A stretch of DNA of 64,000 nucleotides from Vitrella brassicaformis CCMP3155. Taxonomy: Eukaryota > Protista > Chromerida. The notes below the pieces were generated by a model. The model was not told where the DNA came from, made no database searches, and saw only the letters and a list, made by a program, of their open reading frames with translations. Positions 38,375 to 49,351 of this stretch are shown one piece after another. Every line of letters starts with the position of its first letter. The stretch's first letter is position 1. The stretch spans positions 62,001 to 126,000 of the forward strand of contig CDMY01000138.1 of the NCBI GenBank assembly GCA_001179505.1. Reading direction: 5' to 3'. Position numbers and translations under genes: made by a program.

Positions 38375-39482
38375 CACTACAAGCGGTACATTGCCAGAAA
38401 ACTGACCCGGGGGGGTGGGAAACTGTGTTCTGTGCGGAAAACCGGGGCCCCATGCGGAAAACTGAGCCAGGGGCCCGGAAAACTGGTGATCTGCAGTGAA
38501 AAACTGAGGCCCTGAGTGGGAAACTGGCCACCTGCACTGGAAAACTGGTGATCTGCAGTGGAAAACTGACCACCTGCGTGGAAAACTGGTGATCTGCAGT
38601 GGAAAACTGGCACTCCCACGTGGAAAACTGGTTTTCTGCCGCCTGTACCCAGTTTTCCATTGCCTGATGCCAGTTTTCCAGTCAATGTGCCAGTGTTCCA
38701 ATAGATATGCCAGTTTTCCAATGAATGTGCCAGTTTTCCGATGATTCCGATGAATGTGCCAGTTTTCCAGTAGATACACTCAAGATCTAACGCAGCACGC
38801 ACCAGTCAATGCTTTCTGAAGTCAGTGAGAGAGTTGGAGAGAGCGCGGGCGTGCAGCAGGAGGGAGAGAGACACAGGGCAAGGATGGCCGGCCGGCCGTC
38901 AATAAAAGACGGTGTCCGCTCGATGCACCCATCCACTCACTCAGTCATCGATCATCAGTACCTGCCATCATCATCCTCGCCCTCCCCGTGCACCTCCAAC
39001 AGAGGGCAGAGAGCCACCGCACTTCGGAAAAGTGGCACATTCATCGGAATCATCGGAAAACTGGCACATTCATTGGAAAACTGGCATATCTATTGGAAAA
39101 CTGGCACATTGACTGGAAAGCTGACATCAGGCAATGGAAAACTGGGTAGAGAGACTGGAAAACTGGGTAGAGACAGTGGAAAACTGGCATCAGGCAATGG
39201 AAAACTGGGTACAGGCGGCAGAGAACCAGTTTTCCACGTGGGAGTGCCAGTTTTCCACTGCAGATCACCAGTTTTCCACGCAGGTGGTCAGTTTTCCACT
39301 GCAGATCACCAGTTTTCCAGTGCAGGTGGCCAGTTTCCCACTCAGGGCCTCAGTTTTTCACTGCAGATCACCAGTTTTCCGGGCCCCTGGCTCAGTTTTC
39401 CGCATGGGGCCCCGGTTTTCCGCACAGAACACAGTTTCCCACCCCCCTGGGTCAGTTTTCTGGCAATGTACCGCTTGTAGTG
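38375..39482. mobile_element. Non-autonomous CACTA/EnSpm-like fold-back DNA transposon
   Basis: Termini 5'-CACTACAAGCGG...CCGCTTGTAGTG-3', with CG directly flanking both ends (candidate 2-bp TSD). Inverted arms 38375-38768 and 39026-39482 are built from GGAAAACTGG sub-repeats. 257-bp core, no transposase ORF. Confidence 0.8.
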
Positions 39483-40548
39483 CGCCCTGCTGGAATTTTT
39501 CGGGTTCGACTTTTGGTGTCAAACGACTCTCCTGCATGTGAGGATGCTGAGAGCATGATGTACTTTCAGGGGGGAAAAAAGGGACTCGCCGAAAAAGGGA
39601 GGGATAAAATAGGTTCGAGTCCAAGTTGAACACATCCATGCGATGGACTCACAAGACAGTGTATCGCATGGACGAGCGGATAGCTGGAACAGTTGGAGGC
39701 AGCCCGGCCCGTACCGTGGTGTGATGATTCTGCGCTGGATTCATTCAGTCATGGAGGCAGCCCGGCCCGTACATGAGCATGTCTGTCATGAGCAGAGCAA
39801 CGACTGGAACAACGCCGACTGTCTTTCAGTCGGCTGGCGACGTCACAGAGCCACGGGGAGAAGAGAGCAACAAGAAACAACAGGAGGCGGCCAGGAGAAT
39901 GACACCGAGAAAGATGAGTGACTTACTGATGAGTCCATCCTGAGAACGGGTTCTGTCTCCCCTTCACCTTCACAAAACCACACGCAGCCGCAGCCGCGAC
40001 ACAGGATCACCAGACATGTATGTCGCCACATTTGTGCGCATCCCTCGCGCGAAGACCGATTAAAGTCACGTGTGGTATATCTCTAAATTCGACATACTTA
40101 AAATGCGAACACTGTACCGTCCGGCACAGGCGACTGGTGATTCTAATTCTATTCAAAATGTCGGTGTGCTGGATGACAATGAAGTGGAAAATGAAGCATG
40201 GCCATCATGGTTGACCAGTAAGAATATCAGGCTTCTCAAACTTCATCCGCAGAAGACCACTCGGCGAAAGTCTCCAACTCGATGCCGTTGTCTAAACGCT
40301 GACGTGCGGTGATGTCATCAATAGGTCTTGACCCACCATTCTTAACCAGCTCCCCTCACCGTCCATGGACGCACCCAAAAATCGGTACATGACCCACGCA
40401 CACATGCATACTTACTGATAAATCGCGCTCTCTCTCTCATTTTCTCTTTCCCTCTCCCGTCGCTTGACCCACTCCATTCACAGGCCACTCTGTGTGAGTG
40501 TGCATGTAAACACGCGCTTGTCAACGGCCTCGTTTATGTGACATGACG

Positions 40549-43018
40549 CTATGCGGCTGTGGCCTCTCTCTCGGCCTCTCTCTCCATCTCGTCTTCTTCT
40601 GGCGTGAGCATCTTGTAGTCACGCCGCTTGCGCAATATGTCGTCAAGCTCACCCCTGCACACACACACACATATCGCCAAACATGGGGGCCGGGGATGCA
40701 TCATATTATTCTCATTGCCTCCCTGAGTGGGTGGGGGAGTGGGTAACCAACCGACTGACCTTGAGAAGTTTTTGAGCCATGGGTAGAATCGGGCTCGTCC
40801 TCTGGGCGGCTCCGTCATGTAGTCGGTGATGGCCAGATCGACCGCCACCAACTGCACGTCAGCATCGCTCCACTCCTGAACACAGACACGTATTAATACG
40901 GGGGCACAGGTATCTGTGTGTGGCGTGTGGCTTGCCTGGCATCTCTCCTTGACAAGGTCGATTGCGAGAGGGACGACGTCGATCATCTGCTTGACGTATG
41001 CGTCGTGTGTGGGCTCTCCCGTGAACTGCGGCACGATGTCGGCCAGCCATATCAGGCGGTCCTCCGCACTCACGTCATCGCTCAGCTGGCCAAGCTTCAG
41101 CCAGAAATCCTTGCTGGGGGGCTCCAGGCCAAGACCTTGCCTGTGTCCGTGCATCATTGAACCAAACAAAGCGAACACACAACATACAACATGCACGCTG
41201 TGTGTCTGTGGACGCATGGCTGGGTGCACTCATGCCATCCACTCACCTGAGTGCGCTTTGCTGTGCCTCGGTGTTTTTCCATTGAGGCGCGAGCAGGGAG
41301 GCCAACTTGGCGCGCAGGGGGGGCGGGAAAGTCACCGGATTCATTTCCTGCACACGCAGAGAGGCAGGCAGGCAGGCAGGCAACATGCCTTTGCACACCC
41401 ACCCATGCAGAACTGCGCCCTACCTACCTTGAGAACCCGGTAGATGGAGGGCACCCCCTGCAGACATAGCACACAGCCAATCATACGGGTATACTAGATT
41501 GATGGATGGATGGATGGCTGGATGGATGGCTGGATGGATGGCTGGATGGATGGCTCTGTCTATTTTACTCATTACCTTGACAGCATCGACAAAACTCTCC
41601 TGCTCGCTCTCGGTGTCGGCCCTGTTGAAGTCGCGTGTGAGTCGCGCCACGACCAGCTGCCTCTCTGCGTCCTCCAGCTCACGAGCCGTCCACAGCTGAC
41701 CCATCATAGCCTCATATGGGTCCTCTGTGTGGTGCGGAGGCAGCCTCTGAGTTACACAGGCGCGTACACAGAGAGGGAGATTGTGCTTCCTCGTTGGGCC
41801 TTGTTGTTTGACGGGCGTTATACGACTCGGTGAGGTGGGTGACCGACTGAAAGTTTACCTTTGTGGCTTGGACGGCATAGACGAATCGGTCGGGGCTGCC
41901 CGAGAACATATTCATCATGCTCTCTGCCTCCCCCTGTGGCGTGACGTCGAACCCCTTGAGGTCCGCCCAGCCGTCCGACGCCGAGAAGCGGAAGAAACTG
42001 CCCGTTATGTACATGTGCTGCGCGTCGTTCATCTGCTTCCACCACTCCATCTGTAGTACAATATTGATATATCACGCGCACACACGTGCATGCACCAGAT
42101 GAATGATCCGATCTTCGGTACCGACCGACCTTTTTGTTGACGGCTTCCTTGTTTGCATTTCCGCCGGTGAATGCCACGACGCAGAGGCCCCCCGGCTTGA
42201 GCACCCGCCAAGCCTCACGCAGCACCCGCCGCGGCTTGGTGAAGAACTCCATGGCGTTGCTGATAAGCACCACGTCGAAGCTCTCCCTCTGCAGGCCTCT
42301 CTCTCCAATGGCAATCCGGCGCTTGTGGTCGATCCACCCCTCCTCGGAGTTCAGATCCACCACGAACGACTCGGTCAGGGCGGGATTGGCGTCGAGCTCG
42401 TCCTGGTTAATGCCAATGCCCACCACTCTCGCGTACTGGCGGTCTCCTGGGAGGTAGCTGTAGCTGCCCGCACCAATGTCGAGCACCGAGATGGCGCCAC
42501 TTGGGAAGCATCGCGCGTAGTGGTTGGTGAGTGCGATGCGGGCCGGTTCGTCGAAGAAGGGTCGAATGTCAGCTGTGGAGAAGAATTCGATGTCGCTGGT
42601 GTTGTCAGTGCGCTTGAACTGGTCCTTGCGGAACGGCCAAGCTGGAGGCCACTTCCACATGTATGGCTCTACCTTCAAACCTGACAGAGACGTCACATCC
42701 CAGGCATAGCATACACACGGATATACGTGCACTGCAGTGACTGTCTGCCGCATCCATTGCACCCACAGCCACTCACTCACCAGGCTCGGTTTGGTTCTCT
42801 GGCGGGACATCTGGGAAGTTGCCCTTGCCTGAGAAGTTGTTGAGCGACTGCCGGATGTCGAAGGCCCTCAAAGCGGTTGCCTTGAGCCTTCGCAAGCCGC
42901 GGGAGGTGGGAGATCTTGGTGCAGAGAGGGCGGGAGAGCGAGGTGTGAGTGGCGAGGGTCTGAATGCACGGCTGACATGAGTGAGGAAGAGGACAGTGAT
43001 GGCTGCTGATGGAACCAT
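40549..43018 (-). CDS. Class I SAM-dependent methyltransferase-like protein (cyanobacterial/plant Methyltransf_11 type) with bipartite plastid-type leader and C-terminal extension
   Basis: Leader [29 protein letters not shown]. Core [57 protein letters not shown] and [13 protein letters not shown]. Confidence 0.85.
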
Positions 43019-43156
43019 GAGGGGGGAGCGCTGCTTTTGCGCGCTTAAAGCTCGCGTGAAACCGCTGCTGTGTTCGAAATCGCGACGACGCTTCAACGCC
43101 ATCAAACCGGTGCTGCCGGAATTCGCAGTCTGAAGTCTCTCATTTTCTGACAGATA

Positions 43157-43893
43157 ATGGGCTGGTGGAGCATTCTTCTGCTGGGGCTGCTGGGAGGCCA
43201 CCACGCGGCGTCAGCTGCCGAAGCGGCTTCATCGGTGTGTGACAGGGCAGCCCTCGTCCCCGCCTTCGGCGACGATTCAGAGGCATTCGATATCTGCTGC
43301 TACTCAGGTCAGGTGCATAGTGCAGCACCTGCTCACATCCGTCTACTGGACATCCAACGCCTTTCTGCCCTCTGTGCTGTGTCCAGGAACGTTTCTGGTA
43401 AAAATGCTGTCAGAGCTGAATGGCGGCGACAAGAAGACTGTAGATCACGTAAGGAATGGATGGATGTGAGCCGCATCGCTCTCCCCTCTCTCTCTCTGAG
43501 ACTCATTGATGCATTTCTCCCACTTACTGCGTGCAGGTGTACGAGAACCTGCAGCCCTACCTTGGTGGTGCTGCCGAGATTTCCAAGCTGCCAGACCCAG
43601 CGCAGCGCGCCGACCTCACCAACCTGCGCACGGAGGTGGGGGAGACCGATAAAGCGGCCCTTCAGGGGTACGACCAGCTGCTGGCGACTGGGCTGTGCTA
43701 CGGCAAGCTGACGAACTGGATCCTCGACCCATCCAAGGGCCTGCAGAGCAAGGATGGCGTCCTCCTGGCCGTGCCGTCCTACCGTGGAAGGGAGAAGGAG
43801 GAGGTGATCGACCTGCTCATGCGGCTGTATCACTCGGACGACTACGATGAGATCGTGCATTCGTGCGCGGGCGTCCTGCTTGACAAACGATAG
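43157..43893 (+). CDS. Secreted orphan protein (second family, paralog A)
   Basis: Signal peptide MGWWSILLLGLLGGHHAASA. Spliced CYSGTFLVKMLSELNGGDKKTVDHVYENLQPYLG...DLTNLRTEV...; TAG at 43891-43893. Confidence 0.75.
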
Positions 43894-44524
43894 GCGGGCA
43901 AATCGGGGGCTTAGCTGGTGTGGTGTGGTGAGATTAGTAGGCGCGAGTGCCTTGTGTGTTTTTCGTGTTTGTACGTGGTATGGTTCGTCTGTATGTACAT
44001 ATATAGCTCGGCATGTCTGACGCTCCAAGAGCTCTGGTGCACAATTTAATTACTCGTCGCTCTCTCATGAACCGAGTTCGACGCGCCAGAATTGTCCCTT
44101 TCCACCGTGATGAAGGCGCGAAACTTGTCGTGCATCCAAACAGGTGTGCTGCAAAAGACAGAGAAGCCGCACTGGCAAAATGCGCCGCTCCTCCCGACTG
44201 CCCCGCACTCACACTCACACGCCTACTCACCCACAGACACCAGCAGACAGGCAGACAGGCAGTCGCAGGGAAACACGAATTCAACACCATCGCGCTAGTC
44301 AGTTAAACATACACCACAGATAGGTAAGACGGGCGCACCATTCTGGTCACCACAGCACAACACACACGCGAGCCGCCAGCACCCGCCCAGCCGCCCGCCC
44401 ACCAGCTATGCATCTGATACGCATCTGATTCTCTTCTATATACAGGCAAAATCGCGCGTCGCGCGTACGGCAAAAACAACCACGCGCCCACCCACTCGTC
44501 TTGTCTTCCCCCCTCTCGTCTACA

Positions 44525-45336
44525 TCACAGCTCGTGCTTGACCAAAGCACAGGAGCGCTCGTCGTACGCTTTGTCCTGCATCAGCGTGTCGAATATGGAC
44601 ATGGTCTGCTGGAACGCGTTGCTGTGGTACTTGGGAGCCGGAATCAGCGTCATCTGTCCGTTGACCTCCTTCTGCGGGATGGCGTCGAGGATGCGGTCGG
44701 TCAGCTCGACATGGCACACCTTGAGCGAGTCGTAAGTCTTGACGACCTAAAGTAGACCAGGCGTTAAAAAATAGTCTTGAGGAGTGAGCGTCTGCCTGAA
44801 CGTTAATCCTATTACATCAGGCGGCACGGTGTTGCGCAGGTCCGTCAGACCCTTCTTCTGGTCCTTGTGCTCCAGCGCATTGAGGGCATCCGGACCCCTG
44901 CACGCAAATACGACAGCAACACAGGCCGGCATGCAGTGTGCGTGTTGGCGTGTATGGTGTGTCAGCGTACCCGAGGTAGGGCAGCAGGTTGGACTTGACA
45001 TGCTCCACTGTCTTGGACTCGCCACTGTTGAGCTCAGACAGCATCTGCAAGCGACAAGGGAGAGAGGGGAGAGCGTGTGGTGGATCCGAGCACGTATCGT
45101 ACTCCTGCCCGGCTGCATGCAAATCGCTCACCTTGACGAGGAATGTCCCGCCATAGCACCTGCACATGCATGCTATCTATCATGCAATGGCGTGTTGATG
45201 GCTGTGCTTACGTGATTGTAGTTTGCGGCGTGCCATCATAGTCCTTGCATATGTCTTGGGTCTGCTCCACACGACCGTGGCAGGTGCCGCAGAGGAACAA
45301 AGCGATGGCAACGATGCACGAAACACTTCTCGCCAT
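44525..45336 (-). CDS. Secreted orphan protein (second family, paralog B)
   Basis: Signal peptide MARSVSCIVAIALFLCGTCHG. Spliced CYGGTFLVKMLSELNSGESKTVEHVKSNLLPYLG...GLTDLRNTV...CALVKHEL*. Confidence 0.75.
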
Positions 45337-45442
45337 TGTAGCAACTCACGACGTAGTAGTGGCACGTGGTTAATGCGGTGTTCCGGCGAGATCCTCAAAC
45401 CCCAACCCTAGACCCACAAGCCCTGCTCTGTTTGGTTCTGCG

Positions 45443-46222
45443 ATGTTTGGCTTTCCTGAGGTCGACATAGGTGTGGGACTAGGGTCCTGTGACGCCACGC
45501 GGACAGTGTTTGTGGCCCGCAACGGGGGATCAGGGGATCCGGTCAAGGTCAACATCGCCCACCACGCCAAACTGGGGGACCTGTTGGAGGCTGCCGGCAG
45601 GAAACTGGGAATTGGTGGGCTGCACACTGCGGGAAGAATATACGCGCAAAAGGAGAATGCATGAGAACCCTCATTTCGTGTCTTTCTATGATGGTGTGCA
45701 TGTTCTATGTGTCAGCTCACCCGTCGCGTTGTTTTTATGAGAGTGGGGAGGAGGTCAAGGACATCGATAGCATCCTCGATGACGAGGTAAGCCGGGCGGC
45801 CCCTCAATCCTCTCCCCTGCGGACACACGAATGATTGTGTCCATTGATGGCCACGTCGGCGCGTCCGTCGGTCAGGTTCTGTTCATTTCTGAGGGCGGGG
45901 GGTTCCGAAAGAGCCTCAACAGAACCAACACGAGTAAGTTACCCTGGCTGAATATAACGGACGGACATGTACAAATTGGCTTCCTTTTCCGCTGGTTGGT
46001 CGGTCGCTTTGATTGCAGCGACAGAGGGCATCATGGCAGGGTACCTTCTGAAGGAGAAAATAGGGGAAGGGGGATTCGGCAAAGTCATGAAGGCAGTGCA
46101 CATGGAAACTAGTGAGCATGGCACGCCACCGAGGCACGCAGGAAGACTGACTGATCAATCACCATACGGCATTGCCGGTTGCCGGTTGCCGGTTGCCGGT
46201 TGCCGGTTGCCGGCTGTCTCTG

Positions 46223-46254
<32 letters not shown>

Positions 46255-48741
46255 TGTGGCGCAGACCAGTTGGCTGCGGTCAAGTTCATTTCCAAGAAGT
46301 CCTTCAGAGAGATTGCCGATGCCGATAGGGTCTTCGTCGAGATCCAGGTCTGACCGACGCCAACTGAGCCATGTCTCTCTGTTTGCACAATCATGTGCTT
46401 GGCTGCGCTGTGTGGGTGCAGGCATTGCGTGATTTGTCTCACAAGCACGTCATCCAGATGTACGATGTGGTTGACCACCCGTCCTACATCTGCTTCATCA
46501 TGGAGTTTGCCTCCAACGGCGAACTGAGGGAATACGTCGCCAACAGACAGCGGCTCACCGAAGACGGTCAGTCAGTCAGTCAGTCAGTGAGATGCAGACA
46601 GGGCCGGCTGCCGTGTGCGATTGGTGTATTGTGCGTCTTTTGTGTGTATAGAGGCGCGTCATTTCTTCCAGCAGATTGTCAAGGGCGTCCACTACTGCCA
46701 CAGCAGAAACATCGTACACAGGTATACATACGGGTGACCGACGCGACCGGGAGACACACGCCCCAACCAAACACTTTCGTGTCATGCAGGGACCTGAAGC
46801 TCGAGAACATCCTCCTGGATGACGGCTTGAAATGCAAAATCGTCGACTTCGGCCTCTCGGTGAGGAGTGAGACATGGATCGTGTCTGCCGGCCTTTCTGT
46901 CTGTCATATCAACTGTTCGTTTGACTGTGTCGATGCATGCAGGATTTTGTTGCTCCATCTGAGAGGGTGGTGACAGAAGGCGGCACCGAGGCATACCTCG
47001 CACCTGAGGTCAGGGGGATGCACACGTCCAGGCAGCCACAAGTGGTCGATGGTGCGTATCGGTTGCTTGCAACTCAGGTGTATCACGGAAGCTCCGCAGA
47101 TTCTGATCCCTTCAAAATCGACGTGTGGGCCCTCGGTGCGTCAGTGAGACATACGCAGACTCACTCATCCTCGCCGTATAAAAATTGGCTGGTTCAGGTG
47201 TGATTCTGTATGCGATGACCCACGGCAAACTGCCTTTCCACGCACCAGACCGAGTCACACTCGAGAAACTCGAAAGAGTGAGCGGAGAGGGAGAAACGGA
47301 AAGCGTTTGTTGCGAACCGGTTTGTTCATCGATGCAGGAGGGTTTGGACTTCAGGGGGGGCTGCAGTCAGGCGATGCAGGCGCTCATCCTGGCCATGCTC
47401 ACTGCAGACCCCAAGAAGAGACCGTCCACTAACGACGTACGTCTGTCTGTCTGTCTCTACGCGTGGACGGATGCAAGGACACACGGTAGTGCCTCCATGC
47501 TGCGTGCATGCAGGTGATGATGGACCCCTGGCTGCGTCAACAGCTGCTCTACGACAGGAGGAGCGACACCCTGCCCTCCTCTCACTCCACACCCTTCCTC
47601 CCGTCCGTGGCGTCCACAGACACACATGCACCGGGCCCTTTGGCCGCCACGGTTGGCCCGTTCTCAGCTCTGTCGTCGCAGGACGAGCACGACAGGAGTG
47701 GGGAGCCGCCCTGCCAGCCCACCTCCCCCCAGTCTATGACGCACCGTCCACCGCGTCTGAGCGTCATAGACTCCGGTGCCCTCAGTGTGCCTGCCTCGGC
47801 CCTCGCCACGCCCCAGCACGCGCCGCTGAGCAAATTCTCGTGGACCAGCAGCAGGGACGAGCAGGAGGAAGATGGGCTCGCATCGGCCTTTGCTGCCAGC
47901 GCAGCGGCATCACCATGTGGCGGTATGCACTCCCAGGACGCCACTGGAAGGCGCTCAAAGCGGGAGAGCGCGATCGCGGGTGAAAGGAAACGGGTCACGA
48001 TCGCGTCGGCTGGCGAGGACAGCCAGGACGCCTCGAAGCGGAGCGGCGCGTCGGATGCCCCCCCGTCACAGCTGCTGGCCATGGCTGAGTCGATCCTCAG
48101 AGACCGGTCGGCCAAGGAGGGGACACAACGGCAGCTGAGGCGCGAGAATGCCACTGTGGGGGCGAGAGAGAAGACCGTCGAGAGGCGGGCTCCGCAGTCG
48201 TCTGTGCGGCGGACGCCCACAGCTGCCAGTGCTACGGCTGCTGTAGCCGGTGGTGGAGCTGGTGCAGGTGGTGGGCGAGACACGGACAAGGAGGCGACCT
48301 TACCTCGCCCCGTCACCACACATAACTCTCGCAGTGCCTCCCCTGTTCCATCGCCAGCAGCTTCAACAGGCAAGGCGACCGATAAGACAGGCAGACACAT
48401 TGGGGGCCGTTCCAACTCCCTCTGTCCGTCACCATCTGTGCTTGCGTTCAGGTCGAGCTGGCCGTCGTCTTCAGCAGGTTGGGTCGTCCATTGTGACATC
48501 ATCGGGCGTGGCTTCCCCACCCACACCCAGCAGTCCGAAAATGTCGCCCCCCATGCACAGTAGCCACAGAGCAGCCACATCTCAGACACCGAGTAGCCAC
48601 AGAGCGGCCAATGCAGCAATGGCTGCGGTGCTCGGAGGGGGGCAGGCCAGCACGACGACCTCGACAGTGGGCACGGGGACGGAACTGTATGCGACAAGCC
48701 GGAGAAGAGACAAAAGCCTGCCGACGTCCTCTCGTGCTTGA
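45443..48741 (+). CDS. Ser/Thr protein kinase, CAMK group (AMPK/MARK-like), with N-terminal KHA/DCX-like ubiquitin-fold domain and low-complexity tail
   Basis: Kinase motifs IGEGGFGKV, AAVKFI, HRDLKLENILL, DFGLS, GTEAYLAPE, DVWALGVILY and DPKKRPS. The N-terminus reads VFVARNG...LGDLLEAAGRKLGI...IY...EVKDIDSILDDE.VLFISEGGGF. Confidence 0.92.
46172..46213. repeat. Intronic heptamer tandem repeat (TTGCCGG)6
   Basis: Six perfect units read directly from the sequence. Confidence 0.95.
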
Positions 48742-49351
48742 TTCTCTCTCTCTGCATGGAATGAGAAAGGAGGGGACCTATTTGTAAGTCCGGGTCTCAC
48801 TTGCGTACGTACAGGTGTGAGTCAAGGTCTAGGGGCAGGCGGGCAGGCAGGCAGGTAGGGACACTGAGGCTGCCGCGGTCACCTACACGCATCACGTGAC
48901 GGCAATTCCTTACTTGTCTGTCCACTTACCTTCTTGCGTGGGTACACGTGTGTGTCTACGCGCTCGTGTGCATGCGCGATGAAGCACTTCACACTGATTG
49001 TTTGTGTGCTTCTGGGTGAAGCGTGTGTGTGTGCCTGGTGCGCTGAGTGCCACATTGTTTGTTTACTGACGTGAATGACGTCCGTGCTAGCGCATCAGAA
49101 GGACGGCAGGTGAAAACTATGCCGGGTGCAACTGAATGGAGTGTTCTCTCTCCCTCTTCGCTTGGACGTCATTCCTGTTCTCGTGAGAGAATGTCCGTGC
49201 GATTAACTAATGCATTCATGTCCAAGCTGTCTGTCCAAATACTCATCTATCTCGAAGTGTTTGAGCACCGATATCTCTCCCAGCCAGCCAGCCAGCCAGC
49301 CAGCCACAACTAACTGCCCGTCTGCTATGCAGCACAGTACGCACACGTCTC

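Noticed and set aside
38396-39461. CRISPR-like repeat-spacer array
   Set aside because: Repeats are only ~10 bp and spacers 10-11 bp. Spacers recur (ACTGCAGATCA appears three times per arm), orientation flips, there are no cas genes and the context is eukaryotic. It is better explained as transposon subterminal repeats.
38334-39541. ORFs with repeated GKL/ENW/PVF motifs
   Set aside because: These are translations of the DNA repeat in several frames and on both strands, with no independent coding evidence.
39612-39622. GGTTCGAGTCC (tRNA T-loop / Pol III B-box)
   Set aside because: There is no 5-bp T-stem, no cloverleaf and no clear A-box, and the motif is absent from the homologous copy at 31.8 kb.
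47582-48757. 391-aa minus-strand ORF
   Set aside because: Antisense shadow of the GC-rich kinase C-terminal exons.
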